Shown piece by piece: positions 1-9,111 of a stretch of DNA of 46,059 nt (within the stretch, counting starts at the first letter, position 1; each line of letters starts with the position of its first letter). The DNA lies in the IMG/VR virus record IMGVR_UViG_3300005323_000061, positions 1 to 46,059 of that record; one strand, 5' to 3'. Origin of the DNA: a virus (lineage: Duplodnaviria; Caudoviricetes). Under the pieces are notes generated by a model, which searched no databases, was not told where the DNA came from, and saw nothing but the letters and a program-made list of their open reading frames with translations. A program made the translations under genes and the position numbers.

Positions 1-123
1 AGAGTAAAGTACCCCCCGTCCTGAGGGTCTTTTGACATAGTGATCTCGGTCGAGATGTTTCTGTTCAGATGGAACCTGTACCCATCTAACGTTGGCGCGT
101 CCTCTTTAGTAAGACCCAACTCT
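1..123. repeat. Terminal direct repeat (circular assembly overlap), left copy
   Basis: Bases 1-123 are identical to 45937-46059. Confidence 0.97.
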
Positions 124-206
124 ACTGGTTCAACCGGGTCCCTTACAAAAATTGAATTAATCGTTGCTTCCATAGTACACCTGTATATAAATTCTTTGTA
201 GTGGTA

Positions 207-220
207 AGTATAAATAGGTT
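207..220 (-). promoter_or_regulatory. Archaeal BRE/TATA-like promoter (shared minus-strand motif)
   Basis: AACCTATTTATACT on the minus strand, upstream of the ATG at 173; similar motifs at 2380-2394, 35320-35334 and 36272-36284. Confidence 0.55.
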
Positions 221-229
221 ATTACTTGG

Positions 230-2350
230 TTACTTCACCACTACGTTTAATCCTTTTTGTTTGGCTAACTCTTCAATGTATAAATACTGTTTCGATGGTG
301 ACTTTGCATGAGCCGCGACTTCTTTTATGAAGTTGTTGGTTGCTTCATTATCTATCTTCTTGACTCTGATGTGGTCCTGATCTAAAGTTGCAACTAATCC
401 TACACCTTTTCCAGTCACCTTTATTTGCTCTTTTGCTATATCCGGTGGCGGTGGAATGGATACGTTCTTTGGTTCAGATGCTCCTTTTTGACCCCACCCT
501 TTCCGCTTCTTTTTCCTAGAACCTACCGATTGTTTACCTTCATCTCTAGTTGAGGTTGCTCCTTTCTCCCTTACTGTGGTAATGTAGTAGTACCCGCCGC
601 GAGCGCCCCTACCAACATGCCTGCCGGGAGGGGCTTCACTAGGGTAGTTGATATACACCTTCGCTTTTGAGATGCCGTCATCTTCTATGAGTTCTAAATC
701 CGCTTTCTTGAACTGCTTCTCCTCTTCCGCTCCATCTCTAGGCGCCTCTGTTCCTTTGCTTCCCTCATCACTTCCAATAGACGCATCAACGTACATCTCA
801 GAGCCGTTGCCATATCTTCCCGCTTCTGTGTCGTCAGGGAGTCCGCCTTCTGTAGTTCCACCTTCACCACCTAACCCCATATTCATCTCTTCGATTGAAG
901 CATCAAGGTCCTCAATTTCTGGTTTAGTGAGTTCGTCTGCTAGTGTAGAGACTTTTAATGCAACAGAGGGTTTTACACCCATTGAGACTAATGTATTGAA
1001 TGTAGTTACTTTAATTGCCTGTGTCTGAGCAACCTTCTGTTCGTCGTCCAGATCAACATCTCTTACGAACTCGAAGTGCCAACCCTGACGATATCCTTTT
1101 AAGTAAGGCAGGATTTCCCTGTTGATCTTAGAAGCGAAATGCTTCATTAAAGGATAAAGCAAGCGCGATTTGGTTATGTTTCGCTTAACGTAGGCTGTCG
1201 CGCGATTATCGCTCTCCCCAATGAATTCGGACGGAGAGAACCCCCACATCGACCAAATAAGTTGGGCCACAAACTTTTGACCCTCAAGCCATTCCATATC
1301 ATGAAGGCGCTGCGCGAGAGTAGTGACCTTCTCGTTGTTAACCGTGTGGATGATGCCACCAAACTTGTATGAACCACGATTCTCTACCTCTACTTTCCTG
1401 ATACGCTGAGCCAACTGTTCCCTTGACATTACATCCGGGTGTTCCCAAACGATTGATGGAACTATACCATTCTCGAATGTCTTGCCTGCTGCTCTTGTGG
1501 AGTCAATTAGGTACTGTAACTGATGCTTTAAGAACTTAAGGAAATCCGTTCCGTAAATCCCATCAGTGCGCGGGTATGACATGAAGTAACAAATCTCTTC
1601 CGGTTGGAACGGTATATATACACCAGTACGAGAACGCTGCCAGTATCTTTGTGTATACCCATGAGACCACCACCCCTGATACATATTAGCCCCACTGGTT
1701 ACGTAGTCTTTAGGGATGTTGATTGACATTGGAACCCTATCAATCTCTTTCCAGAACTCTGTCCCTAAATACCCCTTAATCTCAGTAAGATATCCTGCTT
1801 TATTGAAGGATTTGACCCATACTCCTGCATCGTATCTGATTAAATCCCGGATTGCCATTTTAAGGAGAACGTCGAAACTGTCCTGAGGGTTGGGGGAGTC
1901 TATGAAATCGGTTGCAACCTCTACACTCTCTCCATTACTATCTACAACCTTGTACTCAATAGACCCCATATAGTCCATGAGTGCCTTTTCACACATTGAA
2001 TAATAGGAGTTTCTTGCTAACCTATCGTTTGTTAACTTATCAAAATCGTCCCGCCAAACACCAAGCGTATTATAATAGTTAGATATAGTATGGATTGCTC
2101 TGCGTATAGATTCGGTGTCAGTTACATCATTCTTCTCTTTATTCTCTATAAAAACATCCTTTGAATCATAATGAGAGACTGCTTGGTTAGTTGATGCTTT
2201 AATCAGCATGTCCGCAATTTCCGAATCCATATCTTTAGTAACTATTGGCTCCGTTAGCGGGGGTACTGTAGGTGTTACACTACTTACAGTACTTATACGA
2301 CTTAAATCAAGCAAATCCTCTTCCCTGTATTTACCTCTACGCAATCCCAT
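230..2350 (-). CDS. Phage portal protein with acidic/basic C-terminal extension
   Basis: Portal-like motifs (PNP..SF, F.PEEICYF..PRTDGIYG, F.NG..P, WGFSPSEFIG, L.P....ASKINREIL); directly downstream of the terminase. Confidence 0.9.
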   Translation of the reverse strand: MGLRRGKYREEDLLDLSRISTVSSVTPTVPPLTEPIVTKDMDSEIADMLIKASTNQAVSHYDSKDVFIENKEKNDVTDTESIRRAIHTISNYYNTLGVWRDDFDKLTNDRLARNSYYSMCEKALMDYMGSIEYKVVDSNGESVEVATDFIDSPNPQDSFDVLLKMAIRDLIRYDAGVWVKSFNKAGYLTEIKGYLGTEFWKEIDRVPMSINIPKDYVTSGANMYQGWWSHGYTQRYWQRSRTGVYIPFQPEEICYFMSYPRTDGIYGTDFLKFLKHQLQYLIDSTRAAGKTFENGIVPSIVWEHPDVMSREQLAQRIRKVEVENRGSYKFGGIIHTVNNEKVTTLAQRLHDMEWLEGQKFVAQLIWSMWGFSPSEFIGESDNRATAYVKRNITKSRLLYPLMKHFASKINREILPYLKGYRQGWHFEFVRDVDLDDEQKVAQTQAIKVTTFNTLVSMGVKPSVALKVSTLADELTKPEIEDLDASIEEMNMGLGGEGGTTEGGLPDDTEAGRYGNGSEMYVDASIGSDEGSKGTEAPRDGAEEEKQFKKADLELIEDDGISKAKVYINYPSEAPPGRHVGRGARGGYYYITTVREKGATSTRDEGKQSVGSRKKKRKGWGQKGASEPKNVSIPPPPDIAKEQIKVTGKGVGLVATLDQDHIRVKKIDNEATNNFIKEVAAHAKSPSKQYLYIEELAKQKGLNVVVK

Positions 2351-2379
2351 AAAAATCCTATATAAAGATATGGGAGTGG

Positions 2380-2394
2380 AGTATTTAATAGTTT
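2380..2394 (-). promoter_or_regulatory. Archaeal BRE/TATA-like promoter for portal gene
   Basis: AAACTATTAAATACT about 30 nt upstream of the portal ATG. Confidence 0.5.
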
Positions 2395-3725
2395 CTGGTG
2401 TGCTTTAGTATTTCAAGTCTAGAAGATTGACGACCATCTCCTTCGTCCCACTCAATATATCTTTCTTCATCACTACCATAAGAAGATACATCATACTCCT
2501 CATGTACCTCTTCCATAGGGATTTCGCCCACAACTTCTGTGCGGTTCTTTGAAAGACCCCACGCTGTAAGTAATACACTACTTACACAATCGTCATGCAT
2601 ACCTTCTGGGGCACCATACCTTATGACACCGCTCGGTAAGGCTTCAAATGTGTACGCTGACATTTCATCAATTATAACTTGTATGTGCGGGATGCCTATT
2701 TTCTTATCCTTAATCATAATCATTAGATTTTTGATAAGATCATACTTAGACTTAACAGTAAACGTGTAGGGATAGCACATAACATCCATTCTTTGTAGAT
2801 CTTCTACGATGGGGTCTCCTACACCCGTGCTGTCTAAATAAGCAACAGCATCGTTATATTTCTTTGCAACATACGCTATCTTATCACGTTGGAAGTTCCA
2901 GTCTATCTTATTGAACCTTTCAAAATGAACAACCTTCCCCGTCTGAGTATCTGCCACAGTCAATACCGTAAAATCCTTATGCTTTGCTAAGTCTACACCC
3001 ATCACATAGTTATGTCCGGGTACTGGTTCCCTTAAGTGTTCTCCTAACACACCCCGTATATCTTGGAATACTTCTCCACCACCCTCTATGAATTCTGCCA
3101 TATACTCTTGGCGGAAGATGAGTTCTGGTGTGGTTTCTCTTCTAGCCTCGATTTCTTTATCAAAGTCCGGAATAGATGTATTACACACAGAAGGATAATT
3201 GAAACTCTTGTATTCTGGATATTGGCTCTCGTTTGTACCTCTTAAGTATAACCCATAGAAAAAATTCTTTCCTTTTGGGGTTGATATAAATATCGCTTCA
3301 CCTTTCTTATCAGCGAGAGATGGTTGAAGCGCAACTTCCCATGCGTCGGGTTTAACTCTCGCGGCTTCATCTAGAATAAGAAGATCGAGCCCCTCCCCGA
3401 CTAAAGCGTCCGGGTTATCCGCACTTTTCGCCCAAATAGTTGATCCATTAACTAACTCTATAACCATATCTCCTTCTTTGATGTCCTTGATATATGATTT
3501 CGGAAGGAACTTTTTTAGCATCCTCCATAGAATCGCAGTCTGAGCATATTTAGGGGATACGATCCATATAACTTGGTCTGACTTTGTTAGTGCTTTTATT
3601 ATAACAATATAAGAACAGAGGCGGGTTTTACCGAACCTCCTACCGCAGCACACAACTTTAAATCTATGTGTGTCATTGTATATTTCCATCTGCTTTTCAT
3701 GGAGTGTAAAGTTTAGTTGGGTCAT
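2385..3725 (-). CDS. terL: Terminase large subunit
   Basis: Adenine-binding LHEKQ, Walker A GRRFGKT, Walker B LLILDEAA, ISTPKG coupling motif, RNase H-like GVDLA..D and HDD nuclease motifs. Confidence 0.96.
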   Translation of the reverse strand: MTQLNFTLHEKQMEIYNDTHRFKVVCCGRRFGKTRLCSYIVIIKALTKSDQVIWIVSPKYAQTAILWRMLKKFLPKSYIKDIKEGDMVIELVNGSTIWAKSADNPDALVGEGLDLLILDEAARVKPDAWEVALQPSLADKKGEAIFISTPKGKNFFYGLYLRGTNESQYPEYKSFNYPSVCNTSIPDFDKEIEARRETTPELIFRQEYMAEFIEGGGEVFQDIRGVLGEHLREPVPGHNYVMGVDLAKHKDFTVLTVADTQTGKVVHFERFNKIDWNFQRDKIAYVAKKYNDAVAYLDSTGVGDPIVEDLQRMDVMCYPYTFTVKSKYDLIKNLMIMIKDKKIGIPHIQVIIDEMSAYTFEALPSGVIRYGAPEGMHDDCVSSVLLTAWGLSKNRTEVVGEIPMEEVHEEYDVSSYGSDEERYIEWDEGDGRQSSRLEILKHTRNY

Positions 3726-4873
3726 ACCTTTTCCGCTTTAATACCGAGTTGTTCCATGCGAGTAATAATATTCTGGCAGTAAGTAGGGTCTTTTTCCATC
3801 ATATAACAAGTCCTATTTAAACTTTCGCATACTATCATGGTTGTTCCACTCCCCCCAAAAAGGTCTAATACTGAGCCGTTCAAGTCTGTGAATGTACTTA
3901 CAAGTTCTTTGAATAACCCGATTGGTTTTGGGCAACTGTGAGCATCTCTAAGCCCCACTTCTCTGTCGGTATGGTATTCGAGATGGTCGGTATCCAACAT
4001 TTTATTCTTAGGCTTGGCCCCAATAAATAGGATTGGTTCTGTAACCATGCATCGACTAATCGGGCCGGGGGTTAACGCAAAACCTTTATACCAGAATGCT
4101 GACCCAAGCATATCAAACTGCGTGTAATAATACTTTTCATTCCTGTTACCCGGCGTTATAATTAAGAAAGGACTAAATCGTAATGCATTGTTTACATACT
4201 CATAAATAAAGAACTTATAATCCTCATCCGTTTTATTATCCTCATCTTCTTTGTATTCGTACCCTACATTATAAGGTGGGTCGGTAAGTGTGATATCCGC
4301 TCTCTCCCCATTCAGTAAGTCTTCTACATCACTTTCAGACGTACTATCCCCGCACATTAATCTATGGCGGCCTAGAATAAATATATCCCCAGTCTTTACT
4401 TTCGTAGATGATGAATGGACATCCGTACATAAGGGCTTCTCGGTGGGGGATGTGGCAACCTGTTGGTGAGCACGTATGGCAGCGTCGATCTGTTTCTGCT
4501 CCATAACAAGATTGTCCTTTAGTACCTCTTTTCCCCATGTTTTATCTAACTCCAGTAATATTTCTCCTAGTTTATCTAAATCAAACGTCCCTTTAGTTAA
4601 GTTGAAATTAATTGTTTCCGCTTTACACTCCTCATCTGAGATATCAAGTACTTTAACTTCCACTTCGGTTGCGCCAAGTTCTTTGAGCGCCTTGTGTCGG
4701 TGTTCTCCATCAATTATCACTCCATTCTTATTAACGATGACGGGATCTAAGAATCCTCTTTTCTTGATAGATTTCTTGAGGAACTGATAAACTGTATCCC
4801 GCATCTCGTTCGGATTGTACTCGTTCGGTTTTATGGAGTCTATAGGGACTACTTTAGACTTAACGATCTTCAT
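3722..4873 (-). CDS. ParB-N domain fused to N6/N4 DNA methyltransferase
   Basis: N-terminal PNEYNPN/IIDGEHR ParB motifs; HRLMCGDS, catalytic DPPY and SAM-binding DLFGGSGTT motifs. Confidence 0.92.
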   Translation of the reverse strand: MKIVKSKVVPIDSIKPNEYNPNEMRDTVYQFLKKSIKKRGFLDPVIVNKNGVIIDGEHRHKALKELGATEVEVKVLDISDEECKAETINFNLTKGTFDLDKLGEILLELDKTWGKEVLKDNLVMEQKQIDAAIRAHQQVATSPTEKPLCTDVHSSSTKVKTGDIFILGRHRLMCGDSTSESDVEDLLNGERADITLTDPPYNVGYEYKEDEDNKTDEDYKFFIYEYVNNALRFSPFLIITPGNRNEKYYYTQFDMLGSAFWYKGFALTPGPISRCMVTEPILFIGAKPKNKMLDTDHLEYHTDREVGLRDAHSCPKPIGLFKELVSTFTDLNGSVLDLFGGSGTTMIVCESLNRTCYMMEKDPTYCQNIITRMEQLGIKAEKV

Positions 4874-5123
4874 TGTTCCTCCACCCCCGGTATGCTGTGA
4901 ACCAATAGTACGTAGATGACACTAACATGAATATAAGTGGGAGACCGTTCCACATATTGAGGATGACTCCTATGAGTACGAGTGCATTGATTGGATTCCC
5001 ACACATCCATATGAAAAAACCCTTTCTCCGCTCTTGGTTTGAATCGTGGGTTACATACCAAGAACCTGCAACTCCAAGCGCAAATCCAATGAATGCCAGA
5101 ATGTAACCTGCGTACTCTAACAT
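4860..5123 (-). CDS. Small three-TM membrane protein
   Basis: Three hydrophobic segments; overlaps the next gene; GGAGG RBS. Confidence 0.65.
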   Translation of the reverse strand: MLEYAGYILAFIGFALGVAGSWYVTHDSNQERRKGFFIWMCGNPINALVLIGVILNMWNGLPLIFMLVSSTYYWFTAYRGWRNNEDR

Positions 5124-5238
5124 TAATCCTCCTTTGAGTGGGATAACCTATACTCTAACTCTTTTATCTGTTTTTCCTTATCTTGTATAATTTGTTTGAG
5201 CCTCCTTACCTCCGCTTCGTAAAAAGTTATTGCGTCCA

Positions 5239-5445
5239 TCATACCTCCACTATTGTATATTCGTGTAACCTGTTTGTTATATACGTATTAACCCAAACTC
5301 CGGGAGAATTTGACATGTAGTGACCACAGTCAGCACATTGAAACTTGCGGATTGTTCCCCACGTTTTAGTCTTACGAGTGCCTGCTTTAGTTATATTAGT
5401 TGAGCCGCACTCGTCACAAATTACAGGGTCTTTAAGGTCTGCCAT
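5239..5445 (-). CDS. Zinc-ribbon protein (InsA-N-like CxxC...CxxC)
   Basis: CDECGSTNITKAG...RKFQCADCG; start taken at MADLK. Confidence 0.6.
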   Translation of the reverse strand: MADLKDPVICDECGSTNITKAGTRKTKTWGTIRKFQCADCGHYMSNSPGVWVNTYITNRLHEYTIVEV

Positions 5446-5595
5446 TTTTCCTCGGGCACCCATACGGTGAGCAGTACGCATACACACCATCTATGAGACA
5501 GTTGCTTCCACCCCTTGTTGGTTTAGCATTAGGACAAGTCTCTACAAAGATGAAGAACTCTTTCCATTCATCAGCAGTTAAAACTTTAAGTGACT

Positions 5596-6399
5596 TCACA
5601 CCACCACTTCCTTCATTAAGTCTTTTCCTTTCAACGTAAAGATATGAGGTTCAACTTCAATCCTATCTTTAATGTTCAATACAAGGTAGCCCATGTGCGG
5701 CATGAACGCTAATGTTCTTCTAGCCGCAAACTCGTCACGACTCTTCCAGCAGGGACAAATAACACCTTGAGCGTGTTGGAACGATACATTGACATAATAA
5801 TGGGTATGTCCTCTAAGTAGTAAATTAAATCCCTGATACTCCGGGTTTAGTGCGGAAATCATCATTTGCTGTGCTATTGCTGTCGTCCTATAGGAAGTAC
5901 CTGAGGAACTAACCCCAACGTCATGACATGCATGTATCCGCTTACCTTCACTAACCAATGCAAGTTCATCCCCAAAGGTCCCTTTAAATCCTTCGATAAC
6001 ATTCTTATCAGAAGAGAGGTTATCTCCGACATGGTAGTAACTTCCTTGGACTCCCAAGTAGGTATTTGTATGTACCATACTGAGGAGATTAGAAGCAACT
6101 TCCATTTGAAGATTGATATCTGTTGTCCAGAGACCAGTACCATTTGATTTCCGGTTAACTCCGTCGCAGGTGTCTCCGAGATTGAGTACTGCATCAACTC
6201 TACCCACATCGTCCACCATCTCCTCAAACTTTGTGTATATTTTTTTCTGGATAAGGTTAGATTCGATTTTCATCTTCCGTTCTGCCTGATCAATATAAAC
6301 TTCGTCAGGCATGATACTTACACGATTTCCTACGTGCATATCTGAAATAACAAGTATTCTTTTCGTCAATTTACCCACTCCACCCCAGTTGCCCCGCAT
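5596..6399 (-). CDS. Calcineurin-like metallophosphoesterase
   Basis: ISDMH, LGDTCDG and RGHTH motifs. Confidence 0.85.
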   Translation of the reverse strand: MRGNWGGVGKLTKRILVISDMHVGNRVSIMPDEVYIDQAERKMKIESNLIQKKIYTKFEEMVDDVGRVDAVLNLGDTCDGVNRKSNGTGLWTTDINLQMEVASNLLSMVHTNTYLGVQGSYYHVGDNLSSDKNVIEGFKGTFGDELALVSEGKRIHACHDVGVSSSGTSYRTTAIAQQMMISALNPEYQGFNLLLRGHTHYYVNVSFQHAQGVICPCWKSRDEFAARRTLAFMPHMGYLVLNIKDRIEVEPHIFTLKGKDLMKEVVV

Positions 6400-6417
6400 T
6401 TTTCACATACACACTCT

Positions 6418-7026
6418 TCAGTTGCTACCATTTTCTCCACCTATAATCTCATCTAGTTTGTCACTGTCGAATAACGTTTCCGGGTCAGATTCCACGTCTG
6501 CCACTTCTTTACACGATTCCATGATTTTCTCCTTGTATGCTATACTTCTTTTTGATTCAACTCTCGGTACAACATTAACCGTTCCATCAGGAATCTCTTT
6601 AACTTCCTTAGATTGATTCAACTGCTGGATGTTGATCGTCAACGGTTCCCTGTCATCAACTCTTTGTACCTTATCCCCATAGACTGCTTTATGTAACCTA
6701 AGCATTAAATCAATATACTCTTTGATAGACCGTTTATCATTAGCCTCCAATCGAAACATATAAATAGCATCTTTGATTTCGTTCAGCATCCCCTCTTCCC
6801 CTTCTAAGAAGACTTTCTTGAAACGACTTCTGACCCTTTCGGGGAACTGTTTCATAGCGCATTTCTTGTCAGGATCGGATTGGGACATTGCCATTAACGG
6901 GCAGTTATCAAAATAGAAACACCTTGAGTTGCACTTCTTCCTCTTCTTTAGCATGTTCGCCATTGATTTATAGATAGATGGCGCGGTACACCCTTTTAGG
7001 CGCTCCTCTTGGGTTAATTCATGCAT
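6418..7026 (-). CDS. Hypothetical protein, candidate terminase small subunit
   Basis: First gene of the operon leading to terL; Cys cluster, helical core and a YGDKVQ..INI tail resembling TerS proteins. Largely positional inference. Confidence 0.4.
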   Translation of the reverse strand: MHELTQEERLKGCTAPSIYKSMANMLKKRKKCNSRCFYFDNCPLMAMSQSDPDKKCAMKQFPERVRSRFKKVFLEGEEGMLNEIKDAIYMFRLEANDKRSIKEYIDLMLRLHKAVYGDKVQRVDDREPLTINIQQLNQSKEVKEIPDGTVNVVPRVESKRSIAYKEKIMESCKEVADVESDPETLFDSDKLDEIIGGENGSN

Positions 7027-7144
7027 GTATTAAGATATTAGTAACTGGCTCATATATACTCTTTCCCCATTGTCCACTTGGTTTAACTGAGCATATATAT
7101 AGTTTGTAGTGGTATACTGTTTAGTTTAAAGAGTTGGAGGGAAA

Positions 7145-7465
7145 TTGAGCGAGTTTGTAGATTTTTGTGGACTGTGCGGGATTGCGCTTACTAAGTATGA
7201 AATTGCTGCTGACATCCGTGGAGAGTTTACTTTGTTTGATGAACGCGGGATAGGTACGGTTCAAATTACATTATGCGCGGACTGTAAGGAGAAAGTTAAG
7301 GAAATTGGTCAGGGGGGGTTGGATAAGGCTATTGGTATGAGGATTGGTATAGAGGGGCAGATGTTTATACGTACTGCTAACATTGTACAGACTCGAAAAG
7401 ATAGGGATAAAGACTCGGATGACCCGGATGATGAATCGGGGGGGATTGCCGCTGTACCGCCTTGA
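7145..7465 (+). CDS. Zinc-finger hypothetical protein
   Basis: GGAGG RBS before TTG; CxxC...CxxC. Confidence 0.6.
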   Translation: MSEFVDFCGLCGIALTKYEIAADIRGEFTLFDERGIGTVQITLCADCKEKVKEIGQGGLDKAIGMRIGIEGQMFIRTANIVQTRKDRDKDSDDPDDESGGIAAVPP

Positions 7466-7659
7466 AGAACATATTACTGCGTGCTGGACGTTCTTGGAGG
7501 AGATTAAAGAGAATCCTCCTTTTAAGGCGAAAATGATTGTGGCAGAAGGATGGAGAATGAACAACGAAGCAACTTGCCCTAAAGCAGTACTAGAAGAATT
7601 TAAATACTCAAAACCTACAAAAACGAGTGTATTTATCGACTGAAAACCTACTATAGGGT

Positions 7660-7992
7660 ATGCGCTGTAAATGCCACAACTGTTTTATTATATTCGATGA
7701 TCATAAGAATATTTGTCCTATCTGCGGGAAAGAAGCAATGGAAATGTGCGTGAAGGATCATATATGTACGTGCGCGCTGGAAGTCACACCGGGTATGCAG
7801 AACTGCGAGGTTTGCGGGAAACCCACCTGTAAATGCGGAAGTCACGATGTTTTTCAAGTTTCCCGCGTAAAGTGAGTGAAGATCCGTTCTTACTTGCGCG
7901 CTTCGGGGTATCTTGCAAACATTGAATCTTTTAATCTAGGAAAACGCGCCGAATTGCGCGACAGGAAGCGATATAGCATATCTGTTAAATAG
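7660..7992 (+). CDS. Small NrdD-like zinc-ribbon/glycyl-radical domain protein, spliced: join(7660..7870,7904..7992), 99 aa
   Basis: After removing 7871-7903 the protein reads ...CGSHDVFQVSRVTGYLANIESFNLGKRAELRDRKRY, the class III RNR C-terminal glycyl-radical signature. Confidence 0.85.
7871..7903 (+). other. 33-nt archaeal-type bulge-helix-bulge (BHB) mRNA intron
   Basis: Exon stem TCCC/GGGG, 4-bp helix GCGT/GCGC, 3-nt bulges AAA and TTC, paired intron stem; contains an in-frame TGA. Confidence 0.8.
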
Positions 7993-8016
7993 TTAAACAA
8001 CCAATAACATAAGTAT

Positions 8017-8622
8017 ATGGATATAATAGAAGTGATAAAGATGTACGAATCTGGTATGAGTACGTATCAAATTGGGGGGTTAATTAATGAAAAACCTAAC
8101 AAAGTGTGGCTAGCCCTAAAAAAAGCAGGTGTTAAAACCCGGTCAAAAAAAGAGGCTTTGGAGAAATACGCAAAACGGGATGTTTGTGTTGTGTGTGGTG
8201 AAACATTTCGTGTTAGGGTAGATTGGTTGCATGGCAATCATTATAGGAAGACTTGTTCGCCCGATTGTGAGAAACAGTATAGATCAAAGCGGATAAAAGA
8301 CACGTACACACAAGAGCGTAAGGACCGTCTATCTTTATTATTGACTGGGAGAGAGATAACTTGGCATATTCCACGCGGTGCGGAGAGACCAAATTGGAAA
8401 AACGGGAGATCGTCAAAGACATATCAAAGAATTGCTTTTAAAGAGTATGGGTTTGAGAGGATCTGTTCAATATGCGGGGCTGTGGAAAATATATGCGTTC
8501 ATCACAAAGATGAGAATAGAAGCAACAACACTAAAGAGAACTTACAGATTGTTTGTAAACCGTGTCACGCATCGCTCCACTCTAAAGGAAACGCTCTTTG
8601 GATTAAACATTTAAAAAGATAG
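8017..8622 (+). CDS. HNH endonuclease (HTH + zinc finger + HNH)
   Basis: CSICG....CVHHKDENRSNNTKENLQIVCKPCHASLH; N-terminal HTH-like segment and CxxC...CSxxC. Confidence 0.9.
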   Translation: MDIIEVIKMYESGMSTYQIGGLINEKPNKVWLALKKAGVKTRSKKEALEKYAKRDVCVVCGETFRVRVDWLHGNHYRKTCSPDCEKQYRSKRIKDTYTQERKDRLSLLLTGREITWHIPRGAERPNWKNGRSSKTYQRIAFKEYGFERICSICGAVENICVHHKDENRSNNTKENLQIVCKPCHASLHSKGNALWIKHLKR

Positions 8623-8643
8623 ACAAAGATATAATGTGGGAAT

Positions 8644-9036
8644 TTAACCCTCTTCCTTTACTTGTTTCGCGGTGCGGAACTCATTCTTAAAACTCGCTTG
8701 AGCATTAGGAGGATAATCAGTAGAGCGGGATATACCCTTTTGTTCCAACTCAACCACACGCGGAACACATTTCCCATCTACCCTATCAACAGGCATAGGA
8801 TATACTCTAATACCGCCTTGTCCGTGAGTCATGAACTTATCCATGCGTGAAAGGAGTGCTTTGATTTCTTCCTTGAGTTCCTCAAACTCCGTAACATTTG
8901 TAACTGAACCGCCTGTAACATTTGTAACCCCCGTTAACATGCGGTGGACCTCTTCTGCAACAGACCTCCCATCTGCGGCTAAGATAATCTTCTGATAATC
9001 CGATTCTGATATACGTATAGTGTGTGTATCTTCCAT
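8644..9036 (-). CDS. Ribbon-helix-helix-like DNA-binding regulator with coiled coil
   Basis: THTIRISESDYQKI...SVAEEVHRML resembles archaeal RHH proteins; GGAGA RBS. Confidence 0.55.
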   Translation of the reverse strand: MEDTHTIRISESDYQKIILAADGRSVAEEVHRMLTGVTNVTGGSVTNVTEFEELKEEIKALLSRMDKFMTHGQGGIRVYPMPVDRVDGKCVPRVVELEQKGISRSTDYPPNAQASFKNEFRTAKQVKEEG

Positions 9037-9111
9037 AATATCTCCTGTAACATTTGTTACACATATATGTTACATTTGTTACAATATATAATCTACGTCT
9101 GTAACATTTGT
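8891..9111. repeat. Five copies of the GT(A/T)ACATTTGT(A/T)AC motif (operator/iteron-like)
   Basis: Copies at 8891-8904, 8915-8928, 9047-9060, 9069-9082 and 9101-9111 (partial). Confidence 0.8.

Noticed and set aside
1-123. Terminal repeat as a biological direct terminal repeat of the virion DNA
   Set aside because: It falls inside a coding sequence and is most simply an assembler overlap of a circular or permuted genome.
5239-5445. IS1 element
   Set aside because: Only a zinc ribbon is present, with no transposase domain or terminal inverted repeats.
7871-7903. Group I or group II intron in the NrdD-like gene
   Set aside because: 33 nt is far too short for a self-splicing core.
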